Shown here: one piece after another, positions 37,697 to 45,456 of the stretch
How the letters are laid out: each line of letters starts with the position of its first letter
Numbering within the stretch: position 1 is the first letter of the stretch
Source of the DNA: an uncultured Candidatus Poseidoniales archaeon
GTDB lineage: Archaea > Thermoplasmatota > Poseidoniia > Poseidoniales > Thalassarchaeaceae
Reading direction: 5' to 3'
Length of the DNA stretch: 58,982 bases
NCBI GenBank assembly: GCA_964618995.1
Contig: CAZUBQ010000009.1
Span: forward strand, 1-58,982
Program-made: the position numbers and the translations under genes
Notes under the pieces: model-generated
Told to the model about the DNA's origin: nothing
Database searches by the model: none
Seen by the model: the letters and a program-made list of their open reading frames with translations, nothing else

Positions 37697-39250
37697 TCAC
37701 AATGGGATGTTACCATGCTTACGCGCCGGGCGCTCCTCCTGTTTGTCGAGCAGCATGCCCAGCGCCTTCACCAATCTAGAACGGGTATCACTCGGTTCGA
37801 TGACATCGTCGATGTAACCGAGGGCCGCTGCCTTGTACGGGTTCGCGAACAACTCCCCGTACTCCTCGACCAGTCGTTCCCGTTCCTGACTGGGATTGGC
37901 TGCCTCTTCGATGCGCCGGCGATGGATAATCTGCACTGCACCATCGGCTCCCATCACGGCCAGTTCAGCGGTTGGCCAGGCGATGTTGTAGTCACCACGT
38001 ATGTGCTTAGAGCACATCACGTCATATGCGCCACCGTACGCCTTGCGCATGATAACTGTCAGTTTCGGGACGGTGGCCTCTGAGTAAGAGAACAGGAGTT
38101 TGGCACCATGGCGGATGATTCCGCCCCATTCCTGGCTGGCACCGGGCAGGAATCCGGGAACGTCAACGAAGGTGAGCAACGGGATGTTGAACGCGTCGCA
38201 GAAGCGGACGAACCTCGCCCCTTTCACGCTAGCATCGATGTCCAGACAGCCGGCGAGCACCTGTGGTTGGTTGGCTACCACGCCGATAGGGTGCCCTCCT
38301 AGGCGAGCGAATCCGGTCACGATGTTGGCGGCGAACTCCCGCTGTGACTCCAGGAACTCTCCGGAATCGACGATTTCAGTGATGACATCGAGTACATCGT
38401 AGGGCTTGTTAGAATCTTCGGGAATGATGTCGCTGAGTGCGTCGCAGCTGCGGTCAAGGGGATCAGAACAGGAGTGGCTCGGCGGGGTCTCGAGGTTGTT
38501 GAGCGGCATATGACCGACCAACCTGCGAACCAGATGCAGGGCATCTTCGTCATCGGATGCGGTGAAGTGGGTCACACCGGACTTGCTGGCGTGTGTGCTC
38601 GCTCCTCCGAGTTCTTCGAACGTCACCTGTTCGTTGGTGACAGTGCGAATGACCTCTGGTCCGGTGATGAACATATGCGCTGTCTGGTCTACCATGATGA
38701 CGAAATCCGTGATTGCCGGTGAGTAGACCGCACCCCCTGCGCATGGACCCATGATCACGCTAATCTGTGGTATGATGCCACTCGCCTGCACGTTGCGGAA
38801 GAAGATCTCAGCGTAACTACCCAAGCTCGCAACTCCCTCTTGGATGCGCGCCCCACCACTGTCGTTCAGGCCAATCACCGGTGCCCCGGTCTTGAGCGCC
38901 ATGTCCAGAACCTTGCAGATCTTGAGGCCGTGCATCTCACCGAGTGAGCCCCCGTAGGCCGTGAAGTCCTGTGAATAGCAGTAGACCGGCCGACCGTCGA
39001 TCATCCCATGACCTGTGACCACGCCATCGCCGGGGATGACCTTCCTGTCCATCCCGAAATCGCGGCAGCGATGCTCGACCAGCGAATCAATCTCTTCGAA
39101 GGTGCCATCATCGAGCATCAGTTCGAGACGTTCACGAGCGGTCAGTTTGCCTTTTGCATGCTGAGCATCTACTTTAGCCGCGCCGCCACCCGCCTCAGCT
39201 TGGGACTTGCGTCGGCGCAGGTCACTGAGCCTGTCGTCGTTCTCCTCCAT
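37697..39250 (-). CDS. pccB: propionyl-CoA carboxylase beta chain / methylmalonyl-CoA carboxyltransferase (12S type)
   Basis: '[17 protein letters not shown]', '[12 protein letters not shown]' and '[11 protein letters not shown]'; 517 aa. These are typical acyl-CoA carboxyltransferase features. Confidence 0.9.
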   Translation of the reverse strand: MEENDDRLSDLRRRKSQAEAGGGAAKVDAQHAKGKLTARERLELMLDDGTFEEIDSLVEHRCRDFGMDRKVIPGDGVVTGHGMIDGRPVYCYSQDFTAYGGSLGEMHGLKICKVLDMALKTGAPVIGLNDSGGARIQEGVASLGSYAEIFFRNVQASGIIPQISVIMGPCAGGAVYSPAITDFVIMVDQTAHMFITGPEVIRTVTNEQVTFEELGGASTHASKSGVTHFTASDDEDALHLVRRLVGHMPLNNLETPPSHSCSDPLDRSCDALSDIIPEDSNKPYDVLDVITEIVDSGEFLESQREFAANIVTGFARLGGHPIGVVANQPQVLAGCLDIDASVKGARFVRFCDAFNIPLLTFVDVPGFLPGASQEWGGIIRHGAKLLFSYSEATVPKLTVIMRKAYGGAYDVMCSKHIRGDYNIAWPTAELAVMGADGAVQIIHRRRIEEAANPSQERERLVEEYGELFANPYKAAALGYIDDVIEPSDTRSRLVKALGMLLDKQEERPARKHGNIPL

Positions 39251-39292
39251 GCAATCGTTGATTCGAACAACTGAGTGCCGTTTATTGTCTTG

Positions 39293-39311
39293 GCGTCACC
39301 TACGGTGACGC
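39293..39311. promoter_or_regulatory. perfect palindrome GCGTCACC-TAC-GGTGACGC between the divergent pccB and mcm/meaB operons
   Basis: Read directly: 8-bp arms with a TAC spacer, 43 nt from the pccB ATG (39250) and 66 nt upstream of the preferred mcm start (39377). Candidate operator or leader hairpin. Confidence 0.4.
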
Positions 39312-39376
39312 TGAACTGCAGAGATAATGGAGAAGTTGTCGTTCAATTGAAGGGGGTCAGGCGACTCGATGCCTAC

Positions 39377-39841
39377 GTGAGCACCCCGTTACGCATCGTG
39401 ATTGCCAAGCCGGGTCTCGATGGCCACGACCGCGGCGCCAAGGTCATCGCCCGCGCACTGCGAGATGCCGGGCACGAGGTCATCTACACTGGATTGAGAC
39501 GGTCACCCGAGCAGATAGTACGCACTGTGATGGACGAGGATGCTGATCTGCTTGGCCTGTCCAGCCTTTCAGGAGCACACGACTTCCTATTTCCACGGGT
39601 CTGCACGCTGCTCGTCGAGGCTGAACTGTTGGATGTGGTGGTGTTCGGTGGTGGTATCATCCCGGATGCAGACCGCCCTCCGCTGCTCGAACAGGGAATT
39701 CGAGCCATCTTTGGCCCTGGAACCACGATTGAGGAGATGTTGGCATTCGTCTCAGAACTGCGTGAACGTAGGGCGGCCGGTGAGCCGAGTGGGGTCGGGG
39801 AAGGCGGAGACTGGACTTGGCAGGGTATTGGTGAGGCCTGA
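39377..39841 (+). CDS. methylmalonyl-CoA mutase small subunit (cobalamin-binding domain)
   Basis: B12-binding motif 'AKPGLDGHDRGAKVIARALRDAGHEVIYTG'. I prefer GTG 39377 ('VSTPLRIVIAKPG') over the ORF-opening GTG 39275, which would leave only 24 nt for two divergent promoters. The start is uncertain. Confidence 0.85.
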   Translation: MSTPLRIVIAKPGLDGHDRGAKVIARALRDAGHEVIYTGLRRSPEQIVRTVMDEDADLLGLSSLSGAHDFLFPRVCTLLVEAELLDVVVFGGGIIPDADRPPLLEQGIRAIFGPGTTIEEMLAFVSELRERRAAGEPSGVGEGGDWTWQGIGEA

Positions 39842-40722
39842 TGGACGCTGCAACCGCTCATGCCGCCGCCAAAGCTGGTGATCGCAGGTCACTTGCCCGC
39901 TTGCTGACATTAATCGAATCAGGAAACATCAACGGCGCTGAACTCGGATTCAGTTCCCGCGAGGAAGATGGACGCATCCTCGGGGTGACGGGCTCACCCG
40001 GCGTCGGGAAGAGTTGCCTCGTCGACAGGCTGCTCCATGATTGGGCGGCTGCAGGCGAGAAGGTGGCGGTGCTGGCAATCGATCCTTCGTCACCGGTCAC
40101 CGGTGGAGCCCTGCTCGGAGATAGGATGCGCATGCAGGCCGCTGACGACCTCGACGAGGTGTACGTGCGTTCGGTCGCCACGCGCAATCAACCCGGAGGC
40201 CTGCCGGTCCGGCTCGGTGCCATGGCAGAGGCACTGCTCGACTGCGGTTATCACAGAGTGATCGTCGAGACGGTCGGCACTGGTCAGGCTGAGGTCAGAA
40301 TCGTGGCCGTGGCCGACCGGGTGCTGCTGGTCGAAGGTCCGGCAAGGGGCGATTCGATTCAGGCTGAGAAGGCCGGCCTGCTCGAACTGGCCGACATCGT
40401 GGCCGTCAACAAGTCAGACCTGGACGGCGCTGACAGGTTCTCTGAGGAGATCCGAGGCTCTCTGGAACTGAGCGGCCAGGCGCCACCCGTGATACTGGTG
40501 TCAGCGCTCGAAGGAACGGGGATTCCAGAACTGGTGAGCGCGCTCGAACAGTTGGGGCCAGCTCGTGCCGCCCAACGCGCTCGCTGGCGCGAACGGTTGC
40601 TGTCTGAATGGGAGGCGGCCTTGCTCACGAGAGACGATGTCGAACAACTGCTCGACAGTCTGGAGTCTGGTGATACTAGTGTATCTCAGATAGTTGATAC
40701 ATTCTATAGAGGGTGTGACTGA
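39841..40722 (+). CDS. meaB: methylmalonyl-CoA mutase-associated G-protein chaperone MeaB/ArgK
   Basis: P-loop 'GSPGVGKSCLVDRL', 'ETVGTGQ' and 'VNKSDL'. Its ATG overlaps the mcm stop (TGATG). Confidence 0.9.
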   Translation: MDAATAHAAAKAGDRRSLARLLTLIESGNINGAELGFSSREEDGRILGVTGSPGVGKSCLVDRLLHDWAAAGEKVAVLAIDPSSPVTGGALLGDRMRMQAADDLDEVYVRSVATRNQPGGLPVRLGAMAEALLDCGYHRVIVETVGTGQAEVRIVAVADRVLLVEGPARGDSIQAEKAGLLELADIVAVNKSDLDGADRFSEEIRGSLELSGQAPPVILVSALEGTGIPELVSALEQLGPARAAQRARWRERLLSEWEAALLTRDDVEQLLDSLESGDTSVSQIVDTFYRGCD

Positions 40723-41373
40723 ATGACTAATGACCTACTATTGGAACCGGATGATTACGAGCCTGACCATGTGAAGCACAGCGTTGGAGGTATGGGTGGC
40801 CATCTGTTCCGAAGGGCGGTTCACCTTGCCATGGCCATCCTGCCATGGATCTATTATTGGAATGGCGATTACGTTGCTGAATTGTTCAGTGTCACCCCCC
40901 CTCAATTTGCCAGTGCGGTCGTTCTCATACTCATCATGGCCGAGGTAGTGCGTCTCAAGATAGGATTCACCATCGTCGGGCAACGAGAATACGAGGCACA
41001 TCAGATCAGCGCGCTCGCCTGGGGTGCAATCGGCGTGGGATTGGTTCTGCTCGTTGCTCCCGAAGGGGGACTGAACGGAGCAGCATACGGAGCTCCGCTC
41101 ATCTGGTCGCTGACGTTCGTCGACCCTTTGATGGGTGAATTGCGTCGCGCTGATGCGGCCCCTCGCACAGTCGCAATCGCGGGAGTCGTGGCCTGTGCGC
41201 TTGTCTGGGTCGGTTGTGGATTCTGGCTTGGCACCCCCTTATGGCTGGCCCTGCTGATGGCCCCGGTGACCGTGGCGGCAGAGTGGCCACGTCTTCGGTG
41301 GATTGACGACAACGGGATGATGGTGCTCGTGCCCTTCACCCTGTTGCTCTTGCTGTATCCATGGTTCGTCTGA
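40723..41373 (+). CDS. polytopic membrane protein, possibly of the CTP-dependent polyprenol/dolichol kinase (COG0170-like) family
   Basis: About 6 hydrophobic helices. 'LFRRAVHLAMAI' and 'FVDPLMGELRR' loosely match the family pattern (basic-x-x-H near helix 1 and a D...G motif). The ATG abuts the meaB stop. Confidence 0.35.
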   Translation: MTNDLLLEPDDYEPDHVKHSVGGMGGHLFRRAVHLAMAILPWIYYWNGDYVAELFSVTPPQFASAVVLILIMAEVVRLKIGFTIVGQREYEAHQISALAWGAIGVGLVLLVAPEGGLNGAAYGAPLIWSLTFVDPLMGELRRADAAPRTVAIAGVVACALVWVGCGFWLGTPLWLALLMAPVTVAAEWPRLRWIDDNGMMVLVPFTLLLLLYPWFV

Positions 41374-41440
41374 GTATTGACTGTGACCCGCGCGTGTGGT
41401 GCTTCCTGCTGGCGCTGTCAATACCTTTACAATCCGTTTT
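41374..41440 (+). terminator. stem-loop (GTATTGAC ... GTCAATAC, 35-nt loop) followed by a T-tract
   Basis: 8-bp inverted repeat at 41374-41381 and 41417-41424, then 'CCTTTACAATCCGTTTT'. It starts directly after the stop at 41371-41373. Confidence 0.3.
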
Positions 41441-41455
41441 CAGGTGGCGGGGGCG

Positions 41456-41566
41456 ATGGATACCGACGAGAACGTCCACGACGACGCTCCCCCGCAGAGC
41501 CTCTACTTGCTGGCATATTCCATTGCTCTCATCGCCACCTTGGTCATCGGCGTCGTCTACTGGTGA
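41456..41566 (+). CDS. candidate 36-aa single-TM microprotein (below the ORF-track cutoff)
   Basis: ATG preceded by 'CAGGTGGCGGGGGCG' (GGTGG 9-13 nt upstream). Translation is MDTDENVHDDAPPQSLYLLAYSIALIATLVIGVVYW*, an acidic head followed by one hydrophobic helix. Confidence 0.35.
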   Translation: MDTDENVHDDAPPQSLYLLAYSIALIATLVIGVVYW

Positions 41567-41626
41567 TGCACACCTGCTCACTCTCCCGTGCAGGGTTTGA
41601 AAGCCGACGCCCACTCGAATGGTTCG

Positions 41627-43495
41627 ATGTGCGGCATTACTGGCTCGTTGGGTGGCGGGGATGCTGACCTTGTGCACAGGATGGCAACGTCACTGCAGCA
41701 TCGCGGCCCTGATGGCGTGCGCACGTGGGCCGACGACGATTGCTCGCTCGGGCATTCGCGACTTTCGATCGTCGATCTGAAATCATCTGACCAGCCGATC
41801 GGCTCGGAACATGGCTGCTGGTTGGTGCAGAACGGGGAGATCTACAATCAGGTTCCACTAAGAGCGGCAGAGACGGCATATCCGTGGCGTACGAAGGGTG
41901 ATGCAGAGGCCATACTGGCAGCGCACGCGGCAGCGATTCCAGCCCCGACCACTCCACCTGGTCCGGCCTCGAAGGGCGTCCGCGTCGGTTGGGTGAACCG
42001 CGCTCGCGGCGCCGCGCAAGCAGGTGGTGAGGCTGCTCGGCATGTCGAATGGGTCAGTCGACTGGATGGGATCTGGGGTTTCGCACTCTGGGATGCCCGC
42101 TATCGTGAACTGATTCTGTGCCGTGACCCCCTCGGCGTCAAACCTCTGCTACGAACGCAGATGGATGACGGGCTCCTGCTGTTCGCTTCTGAGGCGAAGG
42201 CGTTTCGCTACCATCCAGAATACGAGCCAGTGATGGATGAGGCAGCCATGGTCGCCCGGCTGGCCTACGAATATCCGCTGGATGAGACCAGCCTGTTCGC
42301 TGGGGTGGCTCAGGTGCGGCCGGGCACGATTGAGACGTGGCGGCTTGAAGAATCCGGGATTGCTGTGCTCACTGGTGTTGCTCGCTATTCGCGCGACGAG
42401 GTGAAGCCGGCAGCGAGTTGGAATCCAGAGACCGATGCCGCAGCACTGCTCGACAGCCTGTGCGAATCGGTAGAGGACCGCCTGATGTCCGATGTGCCGC
42501 TCGGCATCATCCTCTCGGGTGGCCTAGATTCCAGCATGGTCGCGGGCTTGGCCCATCGGGCAGCTAAGGCTGCTGGGAAACCGGTCCCAGAATGCTGGAC
42601 GGTCGCTGAGAGTGAGGACAATCCTGACTTCCGCGCCGCTGAGGAAGTGGCCGCCGCGCTCGACCTCGGCCATCACACGAGCACGCTTGAGGAAGAATCG
42701 TTCTGGAAGAGGCTCCCCGCACTCGCCTGGCACGGCGAGGATCTGGATATCTCCGTACTATTCTTCCAGCCGTTGTTCGAGCATATGGCTCGTGACGTCA
42801 AGGTTGGTCTGTGCGGCCAAGGAGCAGACGAATTGCACGGTGGCTATCCACGCTACCGCGACCTGTCTGCGCACCGAGAAATCGTGCGCGGGCGGCTGAT
42901 GTCAAGCCGGCATCCGGTAGCGGATGCGATGTTGGATCCTGAGCCGCAGCGAGGTGCACTCGTGGGATTCGGCCAGCCGTGGAGAACGCTAGACCACAAT
43001 CCCGAGGATCATTTCTGTGACCTCAAGTCAACATTGCAGTTCGAGTTGGAGCACGGTCAGTTGAGCAACTTCCAGTTGCGGCTGGTCGACCGCCACAGCA
43101 TGGCGCACGGCTTGGAGGTGCGCGTGCCGTTCCTCGGCAGAGCCCACCGGAAGATGGCGCACACCTTGCCGCTGGATTGGCGGGTCCGGGGCAGCGATGA
43201 GAAACTGGCCCTCCGCGCCGCTGCAGCCTTGACTGACCTGCCACCGGACATCGTCAGCCGCCCGAAACTCGCCGCAGGCACTGCAACCACACCAACACTG
43301 CTCGCCGAACTGCTGACTGAACTCAGGCCGCGCGCGCAGGAATGGGCAGCTGCACACCCAAGGCTGGAGAGGATGCTGGCGAAGCAGCCGGACATGGCAA
43401 TAGGACTGCGCCTGTTCGAATCGCTGCATCTGGTGGACGGCGGCCGCGGCAGAGAGGGCAAAGACCTGATGACCCTCCTGGATGACATTGATTGA
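41627..43495 (+). CDS. asnB: asparagine synthase (glutamine-hydrolysing) family amidotransferase
   Basis: N-terminal nucleophile 'MCGITG' (the start must be ATG 41627, not the upstream GTG), 'HRGPD', 'NGEIYN' and PP-loop 'SGGLDSS'. It carries a ~40-aa Ala/Pro/Gly-rich insertion after 'EAILAAHAA'. Confidence 0.85.
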   Translation: MCGITGSLGGGDADLVHRMATSLQHRGPDGVRTWADDDCSLGHSRLSIVDLKSSDQPIGSEHGCWLVQNGEIYNQVPLRAAETAYPWRTKGDAEAILAAHAAAIPAPTTPPGPASKGVRVGWVNRARGAAQAGGEAARHVEWVSRLDGIWGFALWDARYRELILCRDPLGVKPLLRTQMDDGLLLFASEAKAFRYHPEYEPVMDEAAMVARLAYEYPLDETSLFAGVAQVRPGTIETWRLEESGIAVLTGVARYSRDEVKPAASWNPETDAAALLDSLCESVEDRLMSDVPLGIILSGGLDSSMVAGLAHRAAKAAGKPVPECWTVAESEDNPDFRAAEEVAAALDLGHHTSTLEEESFWKRLPALAWHGEDLDISVLFFQPLFEHMARDVKVGLCGQGADELHGGYPRYRDLSAHREIVRGRLMSSRHPVADAMLDPEPQRGALVGFGQPWRTLDHNPEDHFCDLKSTLQFELEHGQLSNFQLRLVDRHSMAHGLEVRVPFLGRAHRKMAHTLPLDWRVRGSDEKLALRAAAALTDLPPDIVSRPKLAAGTATTPTLLAELLTELRPRAQEWAAAHPRLERMLAKQPDMAIGLRLFESLHLVDGGRGREGKDLMTLLDDID

Positions 43496-43506
43496 GGGAG
43501 ACACGC

Positions 43507-44736
43507 ATGGAAGCATTCAGCGGACCCGAACTGCTCGCGCAGTTCCAGCCACGCCTCGAGGATGCCCGCCCCGCGCTCACAGAATTCTTCTCCCGCCAAC
43601 GTGCCGAGCTACCCGACCCGATCTACGGCTCCATCGACGTGCGTGATGCTGGTTGGAAGGTGGCCGCCGTCGATGCCAACGCCTTCCCGGCAGGCTTCAA
43701 CAATGTCGGCCGCCGGGGCCGCCGGGGCCTCTCCCAGTGTCTGGTCGCTTGGTTAGACCGCGAACATCCGGAAGCGAAGCACATCCACATCTGGCCTGAG
43801 AGCCATACCCGTAATCCGGGTTATGTAGAGAGCCTGCGTGTACTCTCCAACTTGCTCTCCCAGAAGGGCCGCTGGGTCACCATTGGCTCACCTGAACTCG
43901 CCGGAATCTCCACACTCGAAGGTAACGAAGGTGAACTGCTTCTTTCAGCGGTGAACCAGACTGGGGATGGACTGTTGGTCGAGGGAGTAACCCCTGACCT
44001 GCTGCTGCTCAACAACGACCTGACCGCAGGACCCTTGACTGGACTCGGTAATCTGCCGGTCACGCCTCCTGAGGGGATGGGTTGGCACAGTCGACGCAAG
44101 TCATCCCACTTCCGCGCCGTGCAACCGTTAATCGACGAGGTCGCCGAACTCATCGGAATCGACCCGTGGCTGCTCGGGACACACTGGCTGGTCTCAGAAT
44201 CCAAATGCCTCGAACGTGAATCCTGCCTGATTGAGTTGGCCGCAGAGGTGGACGAGTGCTTCGGATTCATCCGAGGGAAGTATGTGGAATACGGGATCGA
44301 GGGAGAGCCTGTTATGTTCGTGAAAAATGAATCAGGGACCTATGGTTTAGGCATTATCGAGATTCGCTCGGGCGGGGAGCTTCTCGACCTGTCAAAGCGT
44401 AGACTGAACCGCCTCACCTATGGGAAAGGTGGGCAGGATGCGGAGGATTTCCTGCTTCAGGAAGGAGTGCCGACCGCTCTCCGCTGGGGTGACTCAGTGG
44501 TAGAGCCGTGCATGTATGGCGCCGGAGGACGTGTGTGCGCCTGGTTCTACCGCACAAACGACCGCAAGGGGGTGATTGCCAACCTCAACTCCCCCTCCAG
44601 TCGCTTCCACACCCCAGAGGATCTTGAGGGCGATGCGGACGTCGCAGACCTGCTTGAAAGGGCCGAAGGTTGGCATGGCCTGATTGCGGAAATTGCGCTG
44701 TTGGGGATGGCTGTCGAGATGGCGGAACTCAGTTGA
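43507..44736 (+). CDS. glutamate-cysteine ligase-like protein (GshA, 'T. ferrooxidans-type' family as I recall it)
   Basis: 'PIYGSIDVRDAGWKVAAVDANAFPAGFNNV' matches my memory of the N-terminal signature of the ~400-aa GshA family (TIGR02049-like). ATG 43507 is preceded by GGGAG. Needs HMM confirmation. Confidence 0.55.
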   Translation: MEAFSGPELLAQFQPRLEDARPALTEFFSRQRAELPDPIYGSIDVRDAGWKVAAVDANAFPAGFNNVGRRGRRGLSQCLVAWLDREHPEAKHIHIWPESHTRNPGYVESLRVLSNLLSQKGRWVTIGSPELAGISTLEGNEGELLLSAVNQTGDGLLVEGVTPDLLLLNNDLTAGPLTGLGNLPVTPPEGMGWHSRRKSSHFRAVQPLIDEVAELIGIDPWLLGTHWLVSESKCLERESCLIELAAEVDECFGFIRGKYVEYGIEGEPVMFVKNESGTYGLGIIEIRSGGELLDLSKRRLNRLTYGKGGQDAEDFLLQEGVPTALRWGDSVVEPCMYGAGGRVCAWFYRTNDRKGVIANLNSPSSRFHTPEDLEGDADVADLLERAEGWHGLIAEIALLGMAVEMAELS

Positions 44737-44747
44737 TGAATCGCCCC

Positions 44748-45044
44748 TCAGTCATCCATTCCACTTTCCTCGTCTTCGGCGCCTTCGAGGGTCTCCATGC
44801 CGGTGATTTCGTAATTAGAGGGGAACAGGGCGATGGCGATGCCGGCAATCGCAGCGGCGAGGCCCCACCAGAATCGCTGCTGAACGATCATCATCTCGAG
44901 GGCGATGACGCACAGGAAAAGTCCACCTAGATTTGAGATCCACACCAGCGTCTTGAACGTCGACACCGAGACACCGCGGGTGCGACTCGAGCGGTAGGGT
45001 CCGAACTCAGCCCCGAACCGGACCGGATCTTCTTCCTCTGCCAT
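44748..45044 (-). CDS. small two-TM membrane protein (98 aa)
   Basis: Hydrophobic segments 'LVWISNLGGLFLCVIALEMMIV' and 'FWWGLAAAIAGIAIALF'. It is the last gene of the Rieske/cyt b cluster, 12 nt after the ferredoxin gene. Confidence 0.55.
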   Translation of the reverse strand: MAEEEDPVRFGAEFGPYRSSRTRGVSVSTFKTLVWISNLGGLFLCVIALEMMIVQQRFWWGLAAAIAGIAIALFPSNYEITGMETLEGAEDEESGMDD

Positions 45045-45056
45045 CGTTCATCCCTC

Positions 45057-45389
45057 TCAGCGGTCAATGGACACGATGGCCTTCGTTGGACAGGCGAGCA
45101 CGCATAGCCTGCAGCCGGTGCAGTTGTCGCGTATCACCCGCGCCTTGCGGTTGATGTCTACGTTGATGATCGGTGAGCGGTTGGGCACGTCATAGAGCTC
45201 GATTGCTTTGTCGTCACAGACGATCATGCACTGGTCACAACCGATGCACGCCTCCTCGTTGACGAACGCCACCACGTCGTCCCCACCGCGAATCTCTTCG
45301 CGCTGCTTGGTACGCATGCGATTCATCATCAACATGACTCGATCCGTCTCGGCTTGGCGCCGCGCGGCGAGTTCATCCAGCGTGGTCAT
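45057..45389 (-). CDS. 2x[4Fe-4S] ferredoxin-domain protein
   Basis: 'CIGCDQCMIVCD' and 'CTGCRLCVLACP' follow the CxxCxxCxxxC(P) pattern. Confidence 0.85.
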   Translation of the reverse strand: MTTLDELAARRQAETDRVMLMMNRMRTKQREEIRGGDDVVAFVNEEACIGCDQCMIVCDDKAIELYDVPNRSPIINVDINRKARVIRDNCTGCRLCVLACPTKAIVSIDR

Positions 45390-45456
45390 CGGTCATCCTC
45401 GGATTCATCCGGGTGGTCACCCATTCTCAATGCTGCGCTCGCCCACTCGCGCTGAT

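Noticed and set aside
39275-39376. The GTG at 39275 as start of the MCM B12-subunit gene.
   Set aside because: It would leave only 24 nt for two divergent promoters, would place the 39293-39311 palindrome inside coding sequence, and adds 34 residues not typical of the family. This is not excluded, only less likely.
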